IMG/VR virus record: IMGVR_UViG_3300011433_000005
Span: 1-38,446 of that record
Source of the DNA: a virus
Taxonomy: Duplodnaviria; Caudoviricetes
DNA: 38,446 nt
Direction: 5' to 3' (one strand)
Within the stretch, counting starts at the first letter, position 1. Every line of letters begins with the position of its first letter. Position numbers and translations under genes: made by a program. Shown piece after piece: positions 1 to 7,490 of this stretch. The notes beneath the pieces were generated by a model, which saw only the letters and a list, made by a program, of their open reading frames with translations, was not told the DNA's origin and searched no databases.

Positions 1-59
1 TCCACCGCGCCGTCCACCGCGCCGTCCACCGCGCCGTCCACCGCGTCGCGCACCGCGCC
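1..59 (-). repeat. 12-bp in-frame tandem repeat (GGCGCGGTGGAC; Gly-Ala-Val-Asp), truncated by the window edge
   Basis: Read directly on +: ccgtccaccgcg repeated, with variant units next to base 59. Confidence 0.9.
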
Positions 60-338
60 GCGCCGGAGCGGGAAGCCGCTCCGGCGCGCCCGCTCGATCA
101 GTTCGATCGCCAAGGCCGCCGCGGGCGCGGCGAAGGCGAGCACCAGGGGCGACGGCACCCACACCACGACCTCCGGGAACGGGATGCCGGCAAACCGGTA
201 GCAGTCTCGTACTGAGGCCACGAACTTCTCGCGGTCAGCGGGCCCGGTGCGGAGGCCGATCGCGATCCACCGATCGGCCCACTCGTCGAACCGGGCGCGC
301 TCGCTGTCCGCGAGCTGGTCAATCCGCGTGCGACCCAT
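1..338 (-). CDS. DUF6745-like phage protein, 5' part (runs off window start), entering a GAVD tetrapeptide repeat
   Basis: Not in the ORF track. ATG at 338, 5 nt after the RQGDV gene stop; reads MGRTRIDQLADSERARFDEWADRWIAIGLRTGPADREKF...VVWVPSPL...GAVRDAVDGAVDGAVDGAV with no stop; the W..IGL.T.PADR and W.PSP motifs and pairing with an RQGDV gene are typical of this family. Confidence 0.75.
   Translation of the reverse strand, partial: MGRTRIDQLADSERARFDEWADRWIAIGLRTGPADREKFVASVRDCYRFAGIPFPEVVVWVPSPLVLAFAAPAAALAIELIERARRSGFPLRRGAVRDAVDGAVDGAVDGAV
59..88. repeat. Perfect 13-bp inverted repeat (hairpin) with 4-nt loop inside a CDS
   Basis: CGCGCCGGAGCGG-GAAG-CCGCTCCGGCGCG. Confidence 0.9.
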
Positions 339-343
339 CGCGG

Positions 344-754
344 TTAGTCCGCGACCTGCCGGATCGCCTCGGGGCTATATTCGCGCTGGCGGAGCACGAC
401 GTAGTGCGGGGCCTCGAGCACGACGGCCGCGTGCTCCTCGTGCACGAGCTCGGCCGGGGCCGACACCTCGAGGACGCCGACAACGTCCTCGTCGCGGACC
501 TCCGTCACGAGCCCGACCTCGGCGAGGAGTTTTCGCACGGCGTTGGCCATCTCGCTTCGGTGGTCGAGCACCGTGAGGTGCGCGCCCTCTTCGGCGATCG
601 CGTGGCTGTGGCCGGTCACCTCGCCGTAGGCGAGTACGATGCGGCCCCGGTCGCGGGAGACCGTGGCGGGCCGATGCAGTCCGCCGGCGACGGCGACCAG
701 GAGCACGTCGCCCTGGCGGAGGATGGTGGGCAGGGGCTTGCGGGGCTTCTTCAT
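344..754 (-). CDS. Conserved phage protein with RQGDV and GEVTGHSH/HEEH motifs
   Basis: LRQGDVLL, LAYGEVTGHSHAI, LVHEEH and RQREYSPE...RQVAD signature of a widespread hypothetical family that precedes DUF6745 genes. Confidence 0.85.
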   Translation of the reverse strand: MKKPRKPLPTILRQGDVLLVAVAGGLHRPATVSRDRGRIVLAYGEVTGHSHAIAEEGAHLTVLDHRSEMANAVRKLLAEVGLVTEVRDEDVVGVLEVSAPAELVHEEHAAVVLEAPHYVVLRQREYSPEAIRQVAD

Positions 755-839
755 GGAGCTGGTCCTCTTGGGAAAGGGAGAGTGGTGCGGTGAGTTTGTT
801 ATTCAGTTCCAAGGGTTCGTTGGTGGAAATGAGGACGTT

Positions 840-1415
840 TCAGCATGGCCGCAAAACGCCACCGACGAGATGGCCGTGATACGTGCCCGTCCGGATGCTC
901 GGCGACACGGTCAGCTCCGGCGGCTCACCGGTGCGCTCCCACCTGCCGCCGTGCCGGGCAACCCTGTCGATGTTCCAGTGCACCCCATCGGGGAGCACGA
1001 CCGTCCACGCGTGGCCGTCGGCGTGGTGCCAGCCATCGTATCGCGTCTCCCATAGCGAGTCGTACATCGAGCCCGGCAGCAGATTGCGCAGCGAACGCAG
1101 CACGCCGTCCGGCGCGCCCTCATACACCGGCTTGACCCACACCTGTCGCGTTGAGTCCGGTGGGAACTCCTTGCCGCACTTCGGGCACATCAGCGGCCAC
1201 CGTTCGTCCTCGGGCGCGAGGTTGCGTGACGACTCGATCACTCCATCGTCGAGCGGAACGAGCCACTCCGTAGCCTGAGCGCGTTCGAGGATGACCTTGA
1301 AGCCGCTCTCGTGCTCGCACCCACCTTCCGGCACGTCTTTCGCGAACGAAAAACGGCGCAGCGCGACCTCGACGAGGTCCGTCTTGCGCACGAGGAAGCA
1401 CTGGACCCCGCTCAT
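840..1415 (-). CDS. Zn-ribbon plus DUF6527-like protein
   Basis: CPKCG knuckle; C-terminal WNID...W...G....LTVSPSI....YHGHL..GVL motif. Confidence 0.7.
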   Translation of the reverse strand: MSGVQCFLVRKTDLVEVALRRFSFAKDVPEGGCEHESGFKVILERAQATEWLVPLDDGVIESSRNLAPEDERWPLMCPKCGKEFPPDSTRQVWVKPVYEGAPDGVLRSLRNLLPGSMYDSLWETRYDGWHHADGHAWTVVLPDGVHWNIDRVARHGGRWERTGEPPELTVSPSIRTGTYHGHLVGGVLRPC

Positions 1416-1474
1416 GCGCCGAGCCCCGGCCGGGTGTACGGATTCGGGCGCTCACCGGCCCGCCACAGGGCGGT

Positions 1475-1630
1475 ATTGAAGGATTCTGGTCGCAGTTGAA
1501 GCGCGGCATCGTCGGCAGCTTCCACAAGGTCACGGAGAAGTACCTCCCGCTCTACGTCGCCGAGGCCGCGTTCCGGTACAACAACCGGATGAACGAGGAC
1601 ATCTTCGGCGCAGCCGTGGCGACGGCGTGA
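1475..1630 (+). pseudogene. 3' remnant of an IS1595-family DDE transposase
   Basis: Frame reads IEGFWSQLKRGIVGSFHKVTEKYLPLYVAEAAFRYNNRMNEDIF..., matching the IS1595 C-terminal IEGFW..LKR...G..H.VS.KYL..Y..E..FRYN pattern; N-terminus absent. Confidence 0.85.
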
Positions 1631-1886
1631 GCGATTCATCGTCGCTCACGCCGCTCTCGGATGGCGAACAGGGCAAACCCGCAAAGCGCGAGAGCGAACA
1701 GCGCTCCAGTGTAGTTGTCCGCGTCGTCAACGTCGCGGCGCTGGCCGGTCGTTGGTTCAAATCCGCCCGCTTTGTGGGTAGTTTCGGCGGGATACGTTGG
1801 GGGTACGGAACGCCCCCAATCCCCGAGCAGGGTCCCAAACGAAGGGCCCCGACCACTACTGTTAAATGAGTGTGCAGGATATGGCC
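1475..1886 (+). mobile_element. Right end of a decayed IS1595-family element (transposase tail, short coupled ORF 1627-1869, candidate terminal IR)
   Basis: Transposase TGA overlaps the GTG of ORF 1627..1869; the end reads GGCCATATCCTGCACACTC on the minus strand, resembling IS1595-type GGC-initiated IRs; no left IR seen. Confidence 0.55.
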
Positions 1887-1908
1887 CCTCCTGCCCGCTG
1901 AGGCTTGA

Positions 1909-1950
1909 TTTGCAACCAGGGGGTCGCCGGTTCGATCCCGGTCCGCTCCA
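1909..1950 (+). other. att identity block: 3' half of tRNA-Ala(UGC)
   Basis: TTTGCAA anticodon loop, CCAGG, GGGTC, T arm GCCGG-TTCGATC-CCGGT, acceptor strand CCGCTCC-A with U70; no 5' half or D arm upstream; 23 nt from the integrase stop. Confidence 0.88.
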
Positions 1951-1973
1951 CTTCCTAAGCCACTGCATCAGCA

Positions 1974-3314
1974 TCACTTGTGCCTCGCTGGTTTCTGACG
2001 CGTGTGTCCGGTTGGGGGCGCAGGATACGAAACGGGTACATCTTCGCCCCGAATTCGCGCCCGTTGCGCCGCTGCCTCGCCGCGTGCGATCTCGCGATTC
2101 TTGTCCCGGTAGATCGTTTGGGGCATGCGGTCGGACGACCAGCCGCCGAGCTGCTGCAGCCCGTCCGGCGTGATGCCCGCCGCGATCGCCTCGTCCACCG
2201 CGCGACGCCTCAGGCCGTAGGCCGCGCGACCCTTCACGTGCGCGACGCCGGCCAGCTTCTCGGCCGCCACGAACCAGGCATTCACCGTCCGCTTGTCGAT
2301 CGGCTCCGCGCTCCCATGCCGCTCAGGCTGCGCGAGCTCCTTCAGGAGCATCCCCTGCGGGAAGAGCGGGTAGTCCGGTAGTGCGGCCTCCATCGGGGCG
2401 AGATAGCCCGCCAGCGCGCCACGCACGGCCACCAGCTGGCCACGCGTGAGCTCCACGAGCGCGCCGCGCTTGTCGCCGCGGCCCGGGGTGCGGAAGAGCC
2501 CCTTCTCCATGTCCAGGTGTGACCGTCGCGCGCGCCGCACCTGCCCGAGCCGAAGCTCGGCGCCCAGGGCGATCATGAGCGCGAAGCGCGGGTCCACGAG
2601 CGGCGCCCTCCCGATGATCGCGCGCATCTCGTCCGCCGAATGCCGCGGGCGCTGGATCTCGGGTTCGATCCCGCCCTGCAGGTCCGCCACGAACCGCAGC
2701 AGGTCCTTCCGCCACCGCCGGCCGCCCGGGATCGCGATGTTCGCCGGCAGGCGCTTCGCCTCCCGAAGCAGCCCCATCAGCGTGATCAGCGACGTGCCCA
2801 GGGCGACGGCCGCCCGATAGCCGGTGTGTCCGCGCTTCCGCGCGTCGTGCACCTTCCGACGCGTCACGCGCGTGAACGCGGCCTCGTCGAAGTGCAGCCA
2901 GGCGAAGTCGGCGCCGAGGACCTTGGTGGCGTCATCGATCGCGGTCTCGAGGGAGTCGCGGTAGGGCGTGCGCGCCGGGAAGCGGCCGCTGTCGGGCTCG
3001 GTGATCACCGCCCACGTCTGTCGGAGCGTGATCGGCGCGAGCTGCGCGCGCGGGTCCTCGGTGATGTGGCCGAGCAGGAGGTCGTGTCGCCGCTTCGCGA
3101 GCTCGATCACCTGGTCCTGGTGCCCGGCCGAGAGCGCGCCGGCGGCGGTCCGCACCTTCGTGCGACAGCTCTCCCACTGCCAGTTCGTGCGCGAGGGCAC
3201 CCACCAGCGCAGGTAGCACACGCCGCCCTTGTCGAGCCGCTCGCCGTACCAGACGACGTGCGGCCAGACGCCAAGCCGGCCCTCCCACCGAACACGCGGG
3301 CGCTTGCGGGGCAT
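1974..3314 (-). CDS. int: Tyrosine recombinase (phage integrase)
   Basis: Catalytic motifs LRLGQV (R), YGLRR (variant HxxR), LGGW (W), TIY (Y); adjacent to the tRNA-derived att block. Confidence 0.88.
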   Translation of the reverse strand: MPRKRPRVRWEGRLGVWPHVVWYGERLDKGGVCYLRWWVPSRTNWQWESCRTKVRTAAGALSAGHQDQVIELAKRRHDLLLGHITEDPRAQLAPITLRQTWAVITEPDSGRFPARTPYRDSLETAIDDATKVLGADFAWLHFDEAAFTRVTRRKVHDARKRGHTGYRAAVALGTSLITLMGLLREAKRLPANIAIPGGRRWRKDLLRFVADLQGGIEPEIQRPRHSADEMRAIIGRAPLVDPRFALMIALGAELRLGQVRRARRSHLDMEKGLFRTPGRGDKRGALVELTRGQLVAVRGALAGYLAPMEAALPDYPLFPQGMLLKELAQPERHGSAEPIDKRTVNAWFVAAEKLAGVAHVKGRAAYGLRRRAVDEAIAAGITPDGLQQLGGWSSDRMPQTIYRDKNREIARGEAAAQRARIRGEDVPVSYPAPPTGHTRQKPARHK

Positions 3315-3986
3315 TCAGCCAACCGCCCCGGCGACCATTCGTCGATCGCAGTTCTGCGCACGCCGGCGTTGACCTGGCTTGTCGTTCGCGCAGAAAACGG
3401 GCGGCCGCCCTCGCCCTTGGTATTCGAGCGGCCGGCCGCACCCCGCGCAGCGTGGCGGCTTTAGCCGCCACGCTGCGCGCCGCCCGGCGGCGAGCTTCTC
3501 GCGGTTGCGCTCTCGGTACGTGCGCTGCTCGGCGGCGATCTTCTCGCGGTTGCGCTCGTAGTACGTGCGCTGCTTGGCGGCGATCTTCTCGCGGTTGCGC
3601 TCTCGGTACGTGCGCTGCCCGGCGGCGAGCTTCTCGCGGTTGCGCTCTCGGTACGTGCGCTGCCCGGCGGCGAGCTTCTCGCGGTTGCGCTCTCGGTACG
3701 TGCGCTGCCCGGCGGCGATCTTCTCGCGGTTGCGCTCTCGGTACGTGCGCTGCCCGGCGGCGATCTTCTCGCGGTTGCGCTCGTAGTACGTGCGCTGCTT
3801 GGCGGCGATCTTCTCGCGGTTGCGCTCGTAGTACGTGCGCTGCTTGGCGGCGAGCTTCTCGCGGTTCTTGGCGCAGCGCGTGCACCAGCGACGCAGGCGC
3901 TCCGTCGGGCGACCGCATTTCTCGCAGTGGCGAACAGCGTCTTGGCGCGCCTGAAAGCGAAGCGCCGCGGCGGTGCCGGCGTTCAT
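3315..3986 (-). CDS. Basic protein with about 8.5 15-aa repeats between two Cys-rich Zn-binding motifs
   Basis: ATG at 3986 overlaps the upstream stop; CEKC...CTRC, then (NREK[LI]AA[KGE]QRTY[YR]ER)n, then CAGC...FC...C; stop abuts the integrase ATG. Confidence 0.75.
   Translation of the reverse strand: MNAGTAAALRFQARQDAVRHCEKCGRPTERLRRWCTRCAKNREKLAAKQRTYYERNREKIAAKQRTYYERNREKIAAGQRTYRERNREKIAAGQRTYRERNREKLAAGQRTYRERNREKLAAGQRTYRERNREKIAAKQRTYYERNREKIAAEQRTYRERNREKLAAGRRAAWRLKPPRCAGCGRPLEYQGRGRPPVFCANDKPGQRRRAQNCDRRMVAGAVG
3444..3479. repeat. Perfect 16-bp inverted repeat (hairpin) with TTTA loop inside a CDS
   Basis: CGCGCAGCGTGGCGGC-TTTA-GCCGCCACGCTGCGCG. Confidence 0.92.
3477..3866 (-). 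repeat. 45-bp in-frame tandem repeat, 8 full units plus a partial ninth
   Basis: Unit AACCGCGAGAAG(C/A)TCGCCGCC(AAG/GGG/GAG)CAGCGCACGTAC(TAC/CGA)GAGCGC. Confidence 0.95.
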
Positions 3987-4315
3987 GCGCTCTTGCGCTC
4001 CGGCCGCCGGCGCTCGGCGCCGGCAGCGATCAGGAATCCCTTCGAGCCCGTCCGCGCCTCGAGCTCTTTGCGGCGGATCCAGTTCCGGACACATTGCTCC
4101 GTGACCGGCGGGTCCTGCTCCGCGCCCCACTCCGCCGGTGTGAGCTCCTGACCAGGAGCCGTGACGGTGAGCAGGCGCGCGCGCAGCTCGCCCACGGAGT
4201 AGGCGATGCCGTCGGCGACCGGGTCGGACGTGGAAATGCCCTTCCTGCGACGGACCTCCTCAGCGAGCTGCTCGAGGCCCGTCTCGATCTCCCGGAGGAT
4301 GCGGTTCTTCGTCAC
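3983..4315 (-). CDS. Excisionase-like HTH protein
   Basis: GTG at 4315 overlaps the upstream stop; LTPAEW...VTEQCVRNWIRRKELEA...GFLI resembles HTH_17/Xis; two genes upstream of int. Confidence 0.6.
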   Translation of the reverse strand: MTKNRILREIETGLEQLAEEVRRRKGISTSDPVADGIAYSVGELRARLLTVTAPGQELTPAEWGAEQDPPVTEQCVRNWIRRKELEARTGSKGFLIAAGAERRRPERKSA

Positions 4316-4605
4316 CGAGCGATCGGACCCGGGAGCGAGGCGGGTGCCGGTCGCGGGCCGCCGCTGTGCGCTGCCGCCGGTTCCCGCAGGCGCTGGCCGC
4401 CAGACGTGATCACGCCGGCCTTGACCAGCACGAGCTGCGTGTCGTCGAACGTCTCCGACACGAGAACCCCGCCATCCTTTCGGAGGCCCTGCGGCTGGAG
4501 GGTCGTGCGTATGCATCCGTTCAGCCATTCGGTTCGCGCAACGACCACACCCGAGAAGCCCGTGATCGAGTCCTTCGCCTTGTCCCCGAGGTTGATTTTC
4601 GGCAT
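4312..4605 (-). CDS. Conserved small phage hypothetical protein
   Basis: LGDKAKDSITGFSGVVVARTEWLNGC motif recurrent in phage early regions; coupled to its neighbours. Confidence 0.75.
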   Translation of the reverse strand: MPKINLGDKAKDSITGFSGVVVARTEWLNGCIRTTLQPQGLRKDGGVLVSETFDDTQLVLVKAGVITSGGQRLREPAAAHSGGPRPAPASLPGPIAR

Positions 4606-4608
4606 GGC

Positions 4609-5526
4609 TCACGCCTCCGGCTCGCCGAGGTAGACCGCGATCTCGCACTCCTCGCGGACCTTCTCGACCACGCCCGTGAAGGCGTCGTCGAAGATCTTGT
4701 CCGTCCGGTAGAGCGAGTAGCTCCACTGGATGCGGCCCTCCGCGAGGCGATACCGGAGACGGAGCGCGACCTGGTACGCATCGCCGCCCTGGAAGACGGG
4801 GATGTTGAGGAAGAAGAGGTTCGGCGTGGTGATCGGGCCGCCGCTCCCGTCCTTGTGCGCCTCGGCGAAGTTGACCGTGACCTCGCCCGTCGCGAGCGTC
4901 ACGGCATTGTGCACCGCGGTGTTCACGCTGATCTGGAGGCCACGCGAAAGCTTGAGCAGGGCCGAGGGCCCGCCGACGCGCGCCTCCAGTAGCTGTGCGA
5001 GCTCGTTGATGTGCGGGCCGTCGACGAGGCACACGTCCTCGACGTGGTCCTCGAGGAATTCCGCGAAGTCGCCCTGCGTCATCGGCTTCCCGTCGCGCGC
5101 GGTCCACGTCTTCCACTGGTCGGAAAGCTCGCAGCGGTAGAGGGCGCGGTGCTGGCCGAATCGTGGGGTGGTGTCCGCGATGCCGCCACCCTCGTTGTAG
5201 TCGAGGACGGCGAGGAGGCGAGGGTTCGAGCGATCGGGGACGGCGAAGATCGCCGAGTGCTCGTCCTTGAACGCGTTCGTGTGCGCGATGAAGGATGCGC
5301 GATCGCGCAGCGTCGCCTGCCCCTTCCGGCGTGCGGGCCTCGCGCGGTACTCGTCCAGGAACCGCGCGACGCTCTCCAGTGTCTTGCCGGAGGGTACCAC
5401 GGCGACCGGTGCTGTCACATCCTCGTTCGGGTCGATGACCGTCTTGATCTCGAATCCGTGCAGCTTCTCGATCTCCGCGATGACGTCGGCGATCGCCGAC
5501 GTACCCCTCTCGTCCAGGTCGTCCAT
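4609..5526 (-). CDS. DUF2303 (YfdQ-like) phage protein
   Basis: AVLDY...FGQHRA.Y....S..W..W...MTQ.DFAEFLED...IPVFQGG...LRLRYR pattern. Confidence 0.8.
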   Translation of the reverse strand: MDDLDERGTSAIADVIAEIEKLHGFEIKTVIDPNEDVTAPVAVVPSGKTLESVARFLDEYRARPARRKGQATLRDRASFIAHTNAFKDEHSAIFAVPDRSNPRLLAVLDYNEGGGIADTTPRFGQHRALYRCELSDQWKTWTARDGKPMTQGDFAEFLEDHVEDVCLVDGPHINELAQLLEARVGGPSALLKLSRGLQISVNTAVHNAVTLATGEVTVNFAEAHKDGSGGPITTPNLFFLNIPVFQGGDAYQVALRLRYRLAEGRIQWSYSLYRTDKIFDDAFTGVVEKVREECEIAVYLGEPEA

Positions 5527-5552
5527 GTGGCGCGTGCCTCAGGGTTGGTGGT

Positions 5553-5972
5553 TCAGCGTGCGATGTTCAGGGGGCGGCCGCCCGTGACGTCCTTCGGCGG
5601 GCCGAGCGAGAGCGAGCCCTGCGCCTGGTTGTTCGGCGAGAGCCCGTTGTCCTTCGTCGGGTAGAAGATCGAACGCGACCGCGGCTTCTTCGGCGGGCTC
5701 ACCTTGTATCCGGGAACGACCTCGAAGATTCCGCCGTCGAGCTTGATCTCGAGCGTCAGCGTGATCTTCGCCCGGGGCTTGCTGCCGGTGGCGAGCGCGT
5801 GCGCGCGCATGTCGTGCACGAGGGTGACCATGTCCTCGGTGAGGTCGGCGTCCAGGACGCCGTCCTCGAGGCTCCTGAACATCTCGAGGAAGGACGGCTT
5901 CTCGGGTTCGAGCTTCACGGGGATGCTGGTGTCGACGGGATCCATGGGCCTCGCCTCAGGGGTGGGTGTCAC
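5553..5972 (-). CDS. YfdP-like partner of DUF2303 (start may be ATG 5945)
   Basis: FLEMFRSLEDG.L..DL...KITLTL...PKKPRSRSIFYPTKDNGLS pattern; immediately upstream of the DUF2303 gene. Confidence 0.7.
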   Translation of the reverse strand: MTPTPEARPMDPVDTSIPVKLEPEKPSFLEMFRSLEDGVLDADLTEDMVTLVHDMRAHALATGSKPRAKITLTLEIKLDGGIFEVVPGYKVSPPKKPRSRSIFYPTKDNGLSPNNQAQGSLSLGPPKDVTGGRPLNIAR

Positions 5973-6952
5973 GCGGGCTCCTCGCGGCGCGCATCGAGTT
6001 CCGCGTCGATCGCGTCGCGGAGCAACGCGTACTTCAGGCCGCCGGCGTCGCGCAGCTGCGCGACGAGCGTCCCGAGGTCGTCGTTCGAGATCTCGCGGAT
6101 GGGCTTGCCCGCGAGCGGGTGGTCCTTCCAGTTCGGCAGGTTGATGTCGAGCACCGGCCGCTGGCGCCGGGTCTCCTGCTCCTCGAACGCCGGCGAGGCC
6201 GCTACGGCCGGGGCGGCCGCGAGCGCCGGCGCCGAGGGCCTGACCTCGGCAGCCGGGGCAACGAGCGCCTCGGCGGCCTCGTCCTCGTCGATCACTCCGC
6301 GCACGTGCTTGATGCGGGGAGACTTCGGGAGCGTCTTGGCCACCTGGCGGATCGCGTACTTCTTCGCCCACCAGGGCGGGCACGGCCCGCTCTTCCACGA
6401 GTGGGAGTATTTCCGGCGCACCGCGTCGATCTCGCCCATGGGGAAGAAGTCGAAGATCGACTGCTGGAACGGAAGACGGATGACGCAGTAGGAGCCGAGC
6501 ATCTTCACGCGCCCCTCTGACTCCCGGCTCGGGATGTGTTCGATCTTTGCCTCAGTGCCCTGCACGTAGATGAAATGCTCGCCCTCGTAGACGCAGAACG
6601 CCTGGACGGCGCGCGCGCAGCCGCTCGCGACGATCAGCTCGGCGAGGCCCTTGTAGTCGGCGATCGCCGTCGCGGTGTTGCCGAACGGCACGAGATAGGC
6701 CGTGGTGCCGATCTCGAGCCCCCACTGCAGGACGCGGCAGGTGCCGGTGAAGAGCGACTGCGGCGTGCAGCCTGCGAGCTTCGGCTCGTTCGCGATCGCG
6801 AGCTGGACCGTGGCGATCACCCGCTCGAGCGTCTCGCCCTTCGGGATGAGTGGGATGATCTGCTCGCGCGCCGCCTCGAAGGTCAGGGCGACGGCATCGC
6901 GCTTGATGGCCAGCGGCTCGGCGGCCGCGGGCCGTGCCAGGGCGGTCGTCAT
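5969..6952 (-). CDS. recT: RecT-family single-strand annealing protein
   Basis: NEPKLAGCTPQS...GLEIG..AYLVPF...ADYKGL.EL...SG...VYEG..F....G...WAKKYAIRQ..K.LP; ATG 6952 overlaps the upstream stop. Confidence 0.85.
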   Translation of the reverse strand: MTTALARPAAAEPLAIKRDAVALTFEAAREQIIPLIPKGETLERVIATVQLAIANEPKLAGCTPQSLFTGTCRVLQWGLEIGTTAYLVPFGNTATAIADYKGLAELIVASGCARAVQAFCVYEGEHFIYVQGTEAKIEHIPSRESEGRVKMLGSYCVIRLPFQQSIFDFFPMGEIDAVRRKYSHSWKSGPCPPWWAKKYAIRQVAKTLPKSPRIKHVRGVIDEDEAAEALVAPAAEVRPSAPALAAAPAVAASPAFEEQETRRQRPVLDINLPNWKDHPLAGKPIREISNDDLGTLVAQLRDAGGLKYALLRDAIDAELDARREEPA

Positions 6953-7182
6953 CGGGGCGCCACCGCGATGCTGTGCTTCAGCTGCTCGATCGCGGCGTCC
7001 AAGACGACGTCGAGCGCCTCGCCGGGAAGCCCCTTCACCGCGGCCGTCGTCGCCTCGGCGCCGATGGTCACGCGCCACTGTCGGCGAATGCGATCGAAGC
7101 TCCCCACCAGGCTGTCGAACCCCTCCGGTGCCGGGCCCCACTGCACTGCCGCTTGCGTCTGTGGTCTCGCTGCTGTCGCCAT
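6949..7182 (-). CDS. Hypothetical protein
   Basis: GAGG RBS; ATGA overlap with recT. Confidence 0.65.
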   Translation of the reverse strand: MATAARPQTQAAVQWGPAPEGFDSLVGSFDRIRRQWRVTIGAEATTAAVKGLPGEALDVVLDAAIEQLKHSIAVAPR

Positions 7183-7238
7183 CGTGGGATCCTCGGGGAG
7201 GGTGGTTCGTGGGGGCGGGTGCTGCCGACCGCCGGGTG

Positions 7239-7490
7239 CTAGCCGGCGCCGCGTCTCATGAGCGGCCGCACGGATTCGTCGACGACGTCCGGCTCCGGCC
7301 GCACGAACTCGACCGCCGTGACGTCCGCGACCGCAGCCAGGAGCTCGAGCTTCACGCGTTCGGTGGCCTCCGCGCGCAACTGCTCGAGCAGGGAACGGAT
7401 GCGCTGCTCAGAGCGGGAGAGGTCCGACGCGACGTTCGCGCGGACGGCGAGGAGCGACGTGGCCGTGGCCGGCGGGCGGATCGATGTCAT
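7239..7490 (-). CDS. Hypothetical coiled-coil protein
   Basis: ATG 7490 overlaps the upstream stop. Confidence 0.55.
   Translation of the reverse strand: MTSIRPPATATSLLAVRANVASDLSRSEQRIRSLLEQLRAEATERVKLELLAAVADVTAVEFVRPEPDVVDESVRPLMRRGAG

Noticed and set aside
1880-1950. Complete tRNA gene
   Set aside because: Only the 3' half is present; no D arm or 5' acceptor strand, so it is an att identity block
3477-3866. CRISPR array or DGR variable region
   Set aside because: Repeats are contiguous with no spacers and are in-frame coding; no cas or reverse transcriptase gene; the TAC/CGA variation is not adenine-specific
4006-4024. 8-bp inverted repeat GCCGGCGC-TCG-GCGCCGGC
   Set aside because: Short and all-GC; expected by chance at this base composition
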